Below are positions 46,320 through 55,384 of a DNA stretch of 64,000 nt, in pieces; the stretch's first letter is position 1; each line of letters opens with the position of its first letter. The stretch spans positions 359,397-423,396 of the forward strand of contig JAQTTB010000001.1 of assembly GCA_028710985.1 (NCBI GenBank), given 5' to 3'. Made by a program: the position numbers and the translations under genes. The notes beneath the pieces are model-generated. The model was not told the origin of the DNA and ran no database searches. It saw only the letters and a list, made by a program, of their open reading frames with translations. The DNA is from Patescibacteria group bacterium (GTDB lineage Bacteria; Patescibacteriota; Patescibacteriia; JAHJFT01).

Positions 46320-48785
46320 ATGCCTGACAAAGAAAAAAATTTGAATCCAATCGGCAAAGTCGAGAATCTCCCCATCGTCGAGGAGATGGAGACTTCGTAT
46401 TTGGATTACGCCATGAGCGTAATTATTTCCCGCGCCCTGCCGGATGTGCGCGACGGCTTAAAGCCGGTTCATCGTCGCATTCTATACGCCATGTGGAATG
46501 TGGGTTTGAAATCAAGCGGTAAATTCCGCAAATCCGCGACCGTAGTCGGTGAAGTTTTGGGCAAATACCATCCGCACGGCGATGCCGCGGTCTATGATTC
46601 CATGGTGCGTCTGGCGCAAGATTTTGCTTCGCGCTATCCGCTGATTGCCGGTCAGGGCAACTTTGGCTCCATGGACGGCGACTCGGCGGCCGCCATGCGC
46701 TACACCGAGGCCAAGCTCTCGGCCATCTCCGAAGAAATGCTCACTGATATTGAAAAAGAAACCGTTGATTTCATGCCGAATTATGACGGTACGCAGAAAG
46801 AACCCAAAGTTCTTCCGGCCCGGCTCCCGAACCTGCTCTTGAACGGCACGCTCGGCATCGCGGTCGGCATGGCGACCAATATTCCGCCCCACAATCTTAC
46901 CGAGCTCTGCGACGGTATTGCTCTTCTTATTGATAATCCCGATGTCTCGGTCGACGAACTCTGCGAGCACGTGAAGGGTCCGGATTTTCCGACCGGCGGA
47001 CTTATCTATGATGTCAAAGAAATAAAGCAGGCTTATGCCACCGGCAAGGGTCATATCGTGATGCGCGCCCAGACCGAAATCATTGAGGAAAAGAGCGGCT
47101 ATTTCCGCATCATCGTCCACGAAGTTCCGTTTCAGGTGAACAAGGCCACGCTTCTTGAGAAAATCGCCGAATTGGTTCAGGAAAAGAAAATTGATGGCAT
47201 CAAGGATATCCGCGACGAATCTTCCAAAGAAGGCGTTCGGATCGTGATTGAACTCAAACGAGAAGCTTTCCCCAAAAAAGTTTTAAATCGCCTTTTTAAA
47301 CTCACTCAACTGCAGGAAACATTCCATGTGAACATGCTTGCCCTGGTTGACGGCATCCAGCCTCGCGTTCTCACTCTGAAGATGATTCTTGAAGAGTACA
47401 TCAAACACCGTGAGCAGGTGGTGCGCCGCCGCGCCGAATTTGATCTGGCGCGCGCCCGCGAACGCGCTCATATTTTGGAGGGCCTAAAAATTGCCCTTGC
47501 GAAAATTGACCAGGTTATTGCCACCATCAAAAAATCAAAAGACCGCGAAGAGGCCAAGGTCAATCTCATAAAAAAATTCCGCCTCACCGAAGTCCAGGCG
47601 CTCGCGATTCTGGAAATGAAGCTCCAGCAGCTTGCCGGTTTGGAACGCCTCAAGGTTGAGCAGGAGCTCAAAGAAAAGCAAAAGATTATCAAAGAGCTGG
47701 AAGAACTTTTGAAATCAAAAAAGAAAGTTATGGCGCTCATTAAGAGCGAGCTTTTGGCAATAAAAGAAAAATACGGCGATGAACGCCGCACGAAGATCGT
47801 GCCCCACGGCGTTGAAGAATTCAAAGTGGAGGATCTGATTCCCAAAGAGCCGACGCTGGTCATGATTACGCGCGACGGCTATATCAAGCGCCTGCCCCCG
47901 GAGACCTTCCGCACCCAGGGGCGCGGCGGCAAGGGCATCATCGGCCTCACCACCAAAGAGGAAGACGAGGTTGAGCTTTTCTTTACCACCACTACTCATT
48001 CGGATTTGCTTTTCTTTACCACCAAAGGCCGCGTGTTCCAGCTTAAGGCCTACGATGTCCCGGCGGCGACGCGCACGGCCAAGGGCCAGGCATTGGTGAA
48101 TTTCCTTCAGCTCGCGCCCGGAGAGCTTGTCTCGGTCTGCCTGCCGCTTGATAATCTCGGCGACGCGAAATTCCTGGTCATGGTGACAAGCAAGGGCCTC
48201 GTCAAAAAAACCGATATCAAAGAATTTGAAAAGGTCCGCCGTTCCGGTCTCATTGCTTTAAAAATCAAGCCCGACGACAATCTCAAGTGGGTCAAGCCTT
48301 CAACCGGTAAAGATAACATCGTTATCATTACCGCGAACGGCCAATCCATTCAGTTCCCGGAGAAGCACGTGCGCGCCATGGGCCGCAATGCCGCCGGCGT
48401 GCGCGGCATCCGCCTCAAAAAAGCGGACGAGGTTCGCGGCATGGATATTGTTAATGCCGAACTTGTGCGCAAGGGCAAGCTTGAAATCGCGACCATCATG
48501 GAGCAGGGTTACGGCAAGCGCAGCAATCTTAAGGAATACCGCGTTCAGAGTCGCGGCGGTTCGGGCGTCAAAACCGCGAAAATTACTCCCAAAAACGGCA
48601 AAATCGTGAGCGGCTTTATTTCAGAAAGCGATGAAGAAAAAGACTTGATTGTTATTTCCGCCAAGGGCCAGGTCATCCGCCTGCCGTTCGCGAGCGTGCC
48701 GGCAATCGGCCGCGCCACCCAAGGGGTGCACATCATGCGCTTTAAAGAAGCCAAAGACCGGGTCGCGAATGTGAGCCTGATCTAA
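46320..48785 (+). CDS. gyrA: DNA gyrase subunit A
   Basis: [29 protein letters not shown], the catalytic Tyr region and C-terminal beta-pinwheel repeats. Confidence 0.95.
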   Translation: MPDKEKNLNPIGKVENLPIVEEMETSYLDYAMSVIISRALPDVRDGLKPVHRRILYAMWNVGLKSSGKFRKSATVVGEVLGKYHPHGDAAVYDSMVRLAQDFASRYPLIAGQGNFGSMDGDSAAAMRYTEAKLSAISEEMLTDIEKETVDFMPNYDGTQKEPKVLPARLPNLLLNGTLGIAVGMATNIPPHNLTELCDGIALLIDNPDVSVDELCEHVKGPDFPTGGLIYDVKEIKQAYATGKGHIVMRAQTEIIEEKSGYFRIIVHEVPFQVNKATLLEKIAELVQEKKIDGIKDIRDESSKEGVRIVIELKREAFPKKVLNRLFKLTQLQETFHVNMLALVDGIQPRVLTLKMILEEYIKHREQVVRRRAEFDLARARERAHILEGLKIALAKIDQVIATIKKSKDREEAKVNLIKKFRLTEVQALAILEMKLQQLAGLERLKVEQELKEKQKIIKELEELLKSKKKVMALIKSELLAIKEKYGDERRTKIVPHGVEEFKVEDLIPKEPTLVMITRDGYIKRLPPETFRTQGRGGKGIIGLTTKEEDEVELFFTTTTHSDLLFFTTKGRVFQLKAYDVPAATRTAKGQALVNFLQLAPGELVSVCLPLDNLGDAKFLVMVTSKGLVKKTDIKEFEKVRRSGLIALKIKPDDNLKWVKPSTGKDNIVIITANGQSIQFPEKHVRAMGRNAAGVRGIRLKKADEVRGMDIVNAELVRKGKLEIATIMEQGYGKRSNLKEYRVQSRGGSGVKTAKITPKNGKIVSGFISESDEEKDLIVISAKGQVIRLPFASVPAIGRATQGVHIMRFKEAKDRVANVSLI

Positions 48786-48902
48786 AAAATATGATATTTC
48801 AAAGAGGCGGACCGCATCCGCCTCTTTTTCTTGCCTAATTTACGCTCTTTTGTTATAATTTCCACAAGTTTGATATAATTATAAATAAGAAAAGAATTTC
48901 AT

Positions 48903-49169
48903 ATGGTGCAAATGAAACGGAGGACAAGGTCCCAGAAAAGAAGGAGAGCGTCGCACTTCGCCCTGAAGCGCACGAGTTTTACCAAATGCAGCCACTGCGG
49001 CAAGGCAGTGCTTCCGCATCGCGCCTGTCAGTATTGCGGATATTACCGTGGACGCGTGGTTTTGGAAGTTGAAGCCAAGCTCCTCAAGAAAATGGAAAAA
49101 GAAAAAGCCAAGCGCGAGAAAGAAGAAAAGAAGGAAGAGAAAAAAGAGGAGAAAAAAGAAAAAAAATAA
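48903..49169 (+). CDS. rpmF: 50S ribosomal protein L32 with a Lys/Glu-rich C-terminal extension
   Basis: KRRTRSQKRRRASHFAL...CSHCGK...CQYCGYY zinc ribbon. Confidence 0.8.
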   Translation: MVQMKRRTRSQKRRRASHFALKRTSFTKCSHCGKAVLPHRACQYCGYYRGRVVLEVEAKLLKKMEKEKAKREKEEKKEEKKEEKKEKK

Positions 49170-49190
49170 TATTTTAATAAATAGCTCTTT

Positions 49191-49679
49191 ATGTCAAATC
49201 GTCATCTCGCCCGTGCCATCGCCATGCAGTCACTTTATCAGTGGGATTTTCTGAAAGCCGCTGGCCAGGAAAAAAATATTCAGGAAATAACCGGTCATAA
49301 TCGTGAGGAATTCGCGCCGAATTTTGATGATAAGGGATTTATTGATGAACTCATTGAAGGCGTGGTTAAGCATGTGGACGAAATAAACACGCTTATTACC
49401 AAATACGCGCCCGAGTGGCCGCTCGAACAGATTACCACTGTCGATCGGAATATCTTGCGGCTCGGGGTGTTTGAGCTGAAGTTTTCTCCGAATATTCCGT
49501 CAAAAGTAGCGATCAATGAAGCAATCGAACTCGCCAAATCATTTGGCGGCGAATCGTCGGGCAAATTTGTAAACGGCGTACTCGGCGCGATTTACCGCGA
49601 CATGGTGGCCCGGGGCGAACTGAAAGAAATTGATACCGCAAAACCCGAAGAAAAAAAGTCCGAGGAGGCGGTCCAATAA
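49191..49679 (+). CDS. nusB: transcription antitermination factor NusB
   Basis: RHLARAIAMQSLYQWDF... Confidence 0.85.
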   Translation: MSNRHLARAIAMQSLYQWDFLKAAGQEKNIQEITGHNREEFAPNFDDKGFIDELIEGVVKHVDEINTLITKYAPEWPLEQITTVDRNILRLGVFELKFSPNIPSKVAINEAIELAKSFGGESSGKFVNGVLGAIYRDMVARGELKEIDTAKPEEKKSEEAVQ

Positions 49680-49698
49680 TTAATTGAATGTCTGTGTT

Positions 49699-50394
49699 AT
49701 GAATGAGAATTTATCGGAATTGCAGGAGCGTCTGGGGATAAAGTTTAAAAACGAAGATTTTTTGCGCCAGGCCATGGTGCATCGTTCATATTTAAATGAG
49801 CATCCGGATTTTCCGCTTGGCCACAACGAGCGTCTTGAGTTTTTAGGAGACGCGGTTCTTGAACTCGTGGTTACAAAACATCTTTACGAATCATATCAAA
49901 ATCCCGAGGGGGAGCTTACCAATTGGCGGGCTGCACTGGTGAACGCGCATATGCTCGCGACTCTGGCGCGTGAACTCAATATCGAAGAGTTTCTTTATCT
50001 TTCGCGCGGTGAGGAAAAAGACAACGAGTCAAAGGCTCGGCAGTATATTTTGGCGAACGCTTTTGAGGCTTTGATCGGCGCGATTTATCTCGATCAAGGC
50101 TGGGACGCTTCGGACGAATTTATCATGAAGAGCCTGATGATTAAGCTTCCGGAAATATTAAAATTAAAATTATATCTTGATCCAAAGAGCCGTTTTCAGG
50201 AAGCGGCGCAGGAGCAATTCGGCACTACGCCGACCTACCGAGTCGTTTCCGAAACCGGTCCGGACCACGACAAGCATTTTCGCATTGCCGTGCTGATTGG
50301 CGAAGATATTGTCGCCGAAGGCGACGGCTCTTCAAAGCAGGAGGCGCAGATTGAAGCCGCGAGAAACGCTCTTGAGGAAAAAGGCTGGTCGTAA
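49699..50394 (+). CDS. rnc: ribonuclease III
   Basis: ERLEFLGDAVLELVV signature and a C-terminal dsRBD. Confidence 0.9.
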   Translation: MNENLSELQERLGIKFKNEDFLRQAMVHRSYLNEHPDFPLGHNERLEFLGDAVLELVVTKHLYESYQNPEGELTNWRAALVNAHMLATLARELNIEEFLYLSRGEEKDNESKARQYILANAFEALIGAIYLDQGWDASDEFIMKSLMIKLPEILKLKLYLDPKSRFQEAAQEQFGTTPTYRVVSETGPDHDKHFRIAVLIGEDIVAEGDGSSKQEAQIEAARNALEEKGWS

Positions 50395-50418
50395 AAATTA
50401 AAATTCAAAATTAATTAT

Positions 50419-51468
50419 ATGGCTGAAGAAGGAACAGGAATAAAAAAATGGCTTAAATTCGTGATTTCCGAGAGCGCCTCGGATCTGCATCTCGTCGCCA
50501 ATAATCCGCCAGTCATCCGAGTTGACGGAGCTTTGCGGAAAATTGAAGGCGAACCAGTACTTACACCCGCGGATGTGGCTAGCGAAACATATTCAATTCT
50601 TACAAAAGAGCAGAAGGATTATTTTGAAACCAATAAAGATTTGGATTTTGCTTATCAGATTGATTCCGCGCGTTTCAGAATGAATCTACATTATGAACGC
50701 GGCAACGTGGCGCTTGCGGCGCGCGCCATTCCGGAGCAGATTCCGACCATGGAGGATGTGGCGCTTCCGGAGATTGCCTATGAACTCACGCGTCTGCCGC
50801 ACGGCATTATTCTTGTCACTGGTCCGACCGGCTCGGGAAAATCAACTACCCTAGCGGCCATGCTCAATCTCATTAACGAGGAGCGCACCGGCCACGTGAT
50901 TACGCTTGAAGATCCGATTGAATTTTTGTTTGAATCCAAAAACTGCGTCGTCGAGCAGCGCCAGCTTCACTCTGATATGGTGAGTTTTAGCGAAGGTCTG
51001 AAGCACGTTTTGCGCCAGGACCCGAACGTGGTCATGGTCGGCGAAATGCGCGACCTTGAGTCCATCGCCACGGCCCTGACACTCGCCGAGACCGGCCATC
51101 TTGTGCTTGCCACTCTCCATACCTATTCGGCCGCGCAGACCGTTGACCGCCTGATTGATGTTTTTCCACCACACCAGCAGATGCAGATTCGTCTGCAGGT
51201 CGCTCTCACGCTTCGCGGCGTAATTTCCCAGCAGCTCCTGCCGCGCATCGGCGGCGGTCGCGTCGCGGCGCGCGAAATTATGATCATGAATCCGGCCATT
51301 GCCAATCTTGTTCGTGAAAACAAAGTACCGCAGATAAAATCCGTGATTCAAACTAGCGCGGCGCAGGGCATGGTTACTCTGGTCCAGGATCTGAAAAGAT
51401 TGATTCAGGAAAAAGCCATTACTCAGGAGATTGCCGAAACATACGTGCTGGAAGAAAGTTTGAAGTAA
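50419..51468 (+). CDS. pilT: type IV pilus retraction ATPase PilT
   Basis: Walker A GPTGSGKSTTLAAM and HTYSAAQTVDRLIDVFP. Confidence 0.9.
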   Translation: MAEEGTGIKKWLKFVISESASDLHLVANNPPVIRVDGALRKIEGEPVLTPADVASETYSILTKEQKDYFETNKDLDFAYQIDSARFRMNLHYERGNVALAARAIPEQIPTMEDVALPEIAYELTRLPHGIILVTGPTGSGKSTTLAAMLNLINEERTGHVITLEDPIEFLFESKNCVVEQRQLHSDMVSFSEGLKHVLRQDPNVVMVGEMRDLESIATALTLAETGHLVLATLHTYSAAQTVDRLIDVFPPHQQMQIRLQVALTLRGVISQQLLPRIGGGRVAAREIMIMNPAIANLVRENKVPQIKSVIQTSAAQGMVTLVQDLKRLIQEKAITQEIAETYVLEESLK

Positions 51469-51527
51469 GGGCGATTCATGAATCGCCCTTACGTACGGCC
51501 GCAATATTTTGCGGCCGTACTTTTTTT
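51469..51527 (+). terminator. tandem-hairpin rho-independent terminator after pilT
   Basis: gggcgattcatgaatcgccc and gtacggccgcaatattttgcggccgtac, followed by ttttttt. Confidence 0.7.
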
Positions 51528-51588
51528 ATATAAAAAAAGGTCCCGACCTGCCAGTTGGTAGGTGGGACAGGGTTGGGACGAGACAAGG

Positions 51589-52023
51589 TCAGGTTTGGGC
51601 AATTTCTTCCGCAGATTCACGCCGTTCGCGTTTCCGGAGCACGAGAATGAAGACAGCCGCGGGGATCGGAAGAACGAGCAGGCTCCACCAGCGCAGCGCA
51701 TAGAATACGCTGCCGATTACTTCATGGCCGAGTAGTGTGCAGAGCCTGGAAGTGCCGTTCAGTATGACCGGCAGACTGACGAGTATGAGTGCCGCCGCGT
51801 TGAGCGCAATGACTTTCGGCAATCTGCCCGGGATAGAGTGCCGATCATGGATGCTCACCATGATGGAAATGATAATTATTCCCGCGACGATCGGAGCGAC
51901 GAGCGTCAGCGGCGCCGCGACCCAGAGTGGTCCGCCGGCGCAGCATGCGTAGCATACTGCGAGAACCGCGCCGATCAGTAAATAGTAGAATGCCTCCGCG
52001 AGGTCCAGACGGAAGTTACTCAT
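51589..52023 (-). CDS. hypothetical membrane protein (144 aa)
   Basis: GGAGGAGG RBS 4 nt upstream and 4 hydrophobic helices. Confidence 0.5.
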   Translation of the reverse strand: MSNFRLDLAEAFYYLLIGAVLAVCYACCAGGPLWVAAPLTLVAPIVAGIIIISIMVSIHDRHSIPGRLPKVIALNAAALILVSLPVILNGTSRLCTLLGHEVIGSVFYALRWWSLLVLPIPAAVFILVLRKRERRESAEEIAQT

Positions 52024-52142
52024 GCGCCTCCTCCTTTGTAAAAAAACGATTTTTCTCTATCTTACTTCTCGCAAAGTATATTGTCAATGCCTTGAATATT
52101 TGATTTATTTATGCTATTATACGTCAAAACATCCAGGCTCGT

Positions 52143-52214
52143 GCCCCTGTAGTGAAATGGACATCACGGCAGTCTTCGGAACTGCAATTTCAGGTTCGAA
52201 TCCTGGCGGGGGCA
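52143..52214 (+). tRNA. tRNA-Arg (anticodon TCG)
   Basis: GCCCCTG-TA-GTGA-AATGGACA-TCAC-G-GCAGT-CTTCGGA-ACTGC-AATT-TCAGG-TTCGAAT-CCTGG-CGGGGGC-A. Confidence 0.85.
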
Positions 52215-52336
52215 AGAGCGCGGGTGTTTTTTAATATTTTGGGTTCTGCGCCCGAGGCGCACTCGCCTTCGGCGAGGATTCCCTCTGGGCGCATTTTGTA
52301 ATTGACGTGGTTCGCCCCGACGCTTCGGTCGGGGGC

Positions 52337-52403
52337 GTCCCGACTTTCGCGAAGCGAAACGTCGGGACGAATCCTGGCGGGGCAAGAGCGCGGATGTTTT
52401 TTA
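52337..52403 (+). repeat. hairpin GTCCCGACTTTCGCGAAGCGAAACGTCGGGAC (52337-52368) fused to a 35-nt copy of the tRNA-Arg 3' end plus downstream flank (52369-52403, matching 52198-52233)
   Basis: gaatcctggcggggcaagagcgcggatgtttttta versus gaatcctggcgggggcaagagcgcgggtgtttttta. Confidence 0.8.
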
Positions 52404-52478
52404 TTTACATTCCGCTCCGGCTATGCTAATATGTCCGCAAAACGTTCCTTGGAAATAATAAGAAAAAAGGAGGTCGCG

Positions 52479-52727
52479 ATGCCGGAGCATGCAGTCACAG
52501 GCATGCAGTGGGTGCACATGAGTATCGTAATCGTCGTGACTTTAATTGTCTGGGCAATCGTTATTTTTATTTTCCTTCCGCGCTTGGAAAAGCGAGTTGA
52601 ACAGCGCAAGAAGATGAAAGACATTCGCCGTATTCCCGGACCGGAGGAACGGATGACGATCGAGGCACTCAACAGGGTCATTGAGAAGATTGGGTCGCCA
52701 TCCGACGAACCACCGACTGACCCCTGA
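52479..52727 (+). CDS. small membrane protein (82 aa)
   Basis: AGGAGG RBS, one TM helix, and a terminator at 52733-52762. Confidence 0.5.
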   Translation: MPEHAVTGMQWVHMSIVIVVTLIVWAIVIFIFLPRLEKRVEQRKKMKDIRRIPGPEERMTIEALNRVIEKIGSPSDEPPTDP

Positions 52728-52732
52728 TCCCT

Positions 52733-52762
52733 GGCTGGCGGCTCTTAGCCGCCAGCTTTTTT
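52733..52762 (+). terminator. rho-independent terminator
   Basis: gctggcggc-tctta-gccgccagc plus tttttt. Confidence 0.65.
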
Positions 52763-52835
52763 ATTGCATTTTTTATATAAAAAAAACGACCACCGTTAAG
52801 TCTCGGTAGTCGTAGGGGTGCACCAAGGGTTGGTG

Positions 52836-53132
52836 CTACATTATCTCCTCTTCCCTGTCGGAGTGCGACGGGGCATCGGGGTGCTCACGGCGCTCCTCTT
52901 CGGCCGCCTTCCAGTGCCCCTCGAACTCGGCGGAGAGTGCGGCTTCATCTTGCGGCACCCCGTTCTTGCCAGAGAACGGGTACATGGAGATGTAGGGATT
53001 CTTGTGGAAACTGACCGGACCGGCTCGCTCTAGAAAGCGGCGTTCGGCGGGGCTCATATCTTCTAGGGGAGAGAGCGGACGGCGCAGTTCTTCTTCGGTC
53101 GGCCGATAGCGTTTCTCTTGGTCGTTCGGCAC
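52836..53132 (-). CDS. hypothetical protein (98 aa), paralogous N-terminus MPNDQEK
   Basis: Shares an about 35-nt RBS-start region with the next gene. Confidence 0.4.
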   Translation of the reverse strand: MPNDQEKRYRPTEEELRRPLSPLEDMSPAERRFLERAGPVSFHKNPYISMYPFSGKNGVPQDEAALSAEFEGHWKAAEEERREHPDAPSHSDREEEIM

Positions 53133-53153
53133 GGTTTCCTCCTCCTTAATTTA

Positions 53154-53357
53154 TCAGCGGCGGTTACGCCTCAGAATCAATTCGGCGTCATGCATGGAAA
53201 TCTTTCCGCGCTTGAAACGCAGGTCGTGATAAACTTCCGGACCCAGTTCTCGGAGCAGGAACTCATTGGCTTCGCGGTGATCATGACCCGCTCGATCCAT
53301 CCCTGCTTCAAGTGGCTGACAGTGCAGCTCGCCCGTTTTCTCTTGGTCGTTCGGCAC
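53154..53357 (-). CDS. hypothetical protein (67 aa), paralogous N-terminus MPNDQEK
   Basis: See 52836-53132. Confidence 0.35.
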   Translation of the reverse strand: MPNDQEKTGELHCQPLEAGMDRAGHDHREANEFLLRELGPEVYHDLRFKRGKISMHDAELILRRNRR

Positions 53358-53412
53358 GGTTTCCTCCTTTGTAAGTTACGAAAACTTAATAGGTAAAGCG
53401 CAAAAAGTCAAG

Positions 53413-55383
53413 CTACTCTCCGGCCACGACCACGCCTTTGCCGCGGGCCGTTTCATCTTCCGGAATGTCCGTGGAAATCGGATCGGTCGTAATTATTAGC
53501 GTGTCGGTTGTTTTTTGATCAAGCGCCTCAAGCTTGCTTTCGGTCGCGAGTTTTATAAATGTGCCGACATCTTCCTCGCGCGGCTTGACGCTTACTTCAA
53601 AGCTTGCCGAAATTTGCTTCATTGAGGTTGGTAGGCGGTTGATTGTCCAGGTCACCATATTTGTCGATTCGTTAAAAGTAATGTCACCGGCTTCCACATT
53701 TTTGCGACCCGTCCAGGTAACATTCTGCGGCAGAGTGGCGGTGGCGCGGATATCTTGGATTTCGTGCAAAGAATTCGTAATCGTCCAAAAGACATGATAG
53801 CCCGTGGTCTCATTGACGCGCGGCGGAATCGGGCCAAACCCCAGAGTCTCTCCATCTGGATTAAAATACCGGCCGCTTGCCGTAAAGTCAAGGTCGGTAT
53901 TTATGGCGATTACGACTGGCGTTGTCTGAATCAGGCGGTTGGTTTCGAGATCGCCGATTTTCGCCACCTTTGATTCCGCCCAGATTTTCACCTCGTATTT
54001 TCCGGAAAGGGAAGAAAGCGGTTCGGCGACGAGCGGAATAGAAAAATCAATTGCTTCCCCGGCGTCTTTTTCGATTTTACCCAGGGCATCATAGTTTTCT
54101 TTTTTCCAAACGATGGTCTGATCTCTTACTTCCCCGGTTTTATCATCCGGCATGTTCAAATCCTTCCAGATTACCAAAGTTTCATTGTTTATTTTTGGAT
54201 CAGATTCAACATGAACCGTAAACTCAACATTTTCCATTGTTTCGCCACTCTTATTGTCGTACGAGAGTGAGAGTCGCAGATTTTCGCCAAAATTAAGATT
54301 CTGGCTGGCTTCGGTGCCATTTATAAAAAGATGGGTGACCAGATCGCCGGCCAGCACCTCGGTCTGAACCCTTGCTTCTTTTTGCAGGCGGAATTCATTA
54401 TTGTTGATAAATCCGAATTTAAAAACCATATCTTGGAGTCCCTGGCCCTGGGCGGTGAAATTGCCCTTTATTTTAATAATTCCTTCGGTACCGCTCGCGA
54501 GTTCCGTGATTCGCCAGCGGTCACCGCCATCCGATGTCGCGGCGGGTTCACTGCTTGCAAAAATAAAATTTTCTGGGAATACGGCCGCAATCTCGGTCTC
54601 GCCATAGGCAAATTCACTCGTATTTTTGTATTTAACGGTATATTCAACCTCGTCGCCGGGCACTGCCTTGGCCGGCCCCTCGGCCGCCATATCAACGCGG
54701 CTGTCGCTCAAGAGAACGGAAAGAGTTTTTATATCCTGGAAATCCGAACTGAAGTTCGCCGGCCGGTAGGTGATGATAGCTTGGATATTGAGCGAAGTCT
54801 TAACTTCATCGCGAAAATATCCTTCAAATTTTATTGTCCCTTTGCCGCCGACGTCCATACTGCCGAGCTGCCAGACATTTCCCTCGTCCGTGGGCGCCGG
54901 TTCGGTTGAAATAACCATGAAACCGGACGGTAGATTTGTCTGAACCTCCACCGCGGCGAGCGGAACCGTATTCCGGTTTTCATATTCAATTTGGTAAATC
55001 ACGCGTTCGCCGTTTATTACCTGACTCGGGCCGGCAATTTCAAGCCCGACGCCGCCCCTGTCTGGTCGTTCCCACGGTTTCCAAAAAACCCAGCCTGCAT
55101 AAATTGCCGCCGCCACGGCTCCCAAGAATAGCAAAACAAAAAGACCGGCAAGCCATAATCGCCTTGGCCGGCGTTCAAGCCGGCTCATGTCCGGCATATC
55201 ACCTTCGGCTTCGTAGATTTCCTTGAGCTCTGCGGTGATTTTGTCGGTTTTTACCGCCGAGCGCTTTATGGATTTTTTTATAATACGCTCTTCTTTCGGC
55301 TCGGGAATTTTTACAATTTCAATTTCTTTCGGCTCCTCAACCGGTCCGGCGATCTTCTTTTCTTTTTTATTTTTATTCTTCAT
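53413..55383 (-). CDS. large membrane-anchored surface protein with repeated beta-domain (DUF11-like) segments
   Basis: N-terminal TM helix LWLAGLFVLLFLGAVAAAIYA, then repetitive Thr/Asn/Gly-rich beta-like segments. The start lies 1 nt after the upstream gene's stop. Confidence 0.6.
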   Translation of the reverse strand: MKNKNKKEKKIAGPVEEPKEIEIVKIPEPKEERIIKKSIKRSAVKTDKITAELKEIYEAEGDMPDMSRLERRPRRLWLAGLFVLLFLGAVAAAIYAGWVFWKPWERPDRGGVGLEIAGPSQVINGERVIYQIEYENRNTVPLAAVEVQTNLPSGFMVISTEPAPTDEGNVWQLGSMDVGGKGTIKFEGYFRDEVKTSLNIQAIITYRPANFSSDFQDIKTLSVLLSDSRVDMAAEGPAKAVPGDEVEYTVKYKNTSEFAYGETEIAAVFPENFIFASSEPAATSDGGDRWRITELASGTEGIIKIKGNFTAQGQGLQDMVFKFGFINNNEFRLQKEARVQTEVLAGDLVTHLFINGTEASQNLNFGENLRLSLSYDNKSGETMENVEFTVHVESDPKINNETLVIWKDLNMPDDKTGEVRDQTIVWKKENYDALGKIEKDAGEAIDFSIPLVAEPLSSLSGKYEVKIWAESKVAKIGDLETNRLIQTTPVVIAINTDLDFTASGRYFNPDGETLGFGPIPPRVNETTGYHVFWTITNSLHEIQDIRATATLPQNVTWTGRKNVEAGDITFNESTNMVTWTINRLPTSMKQISASFEVSVKPREEDVGTFIKLATESKLEALDQKTTDTLIITTDPISTDIPEDETARGKGVVVAGE

Positions 55384-55384
55384 C

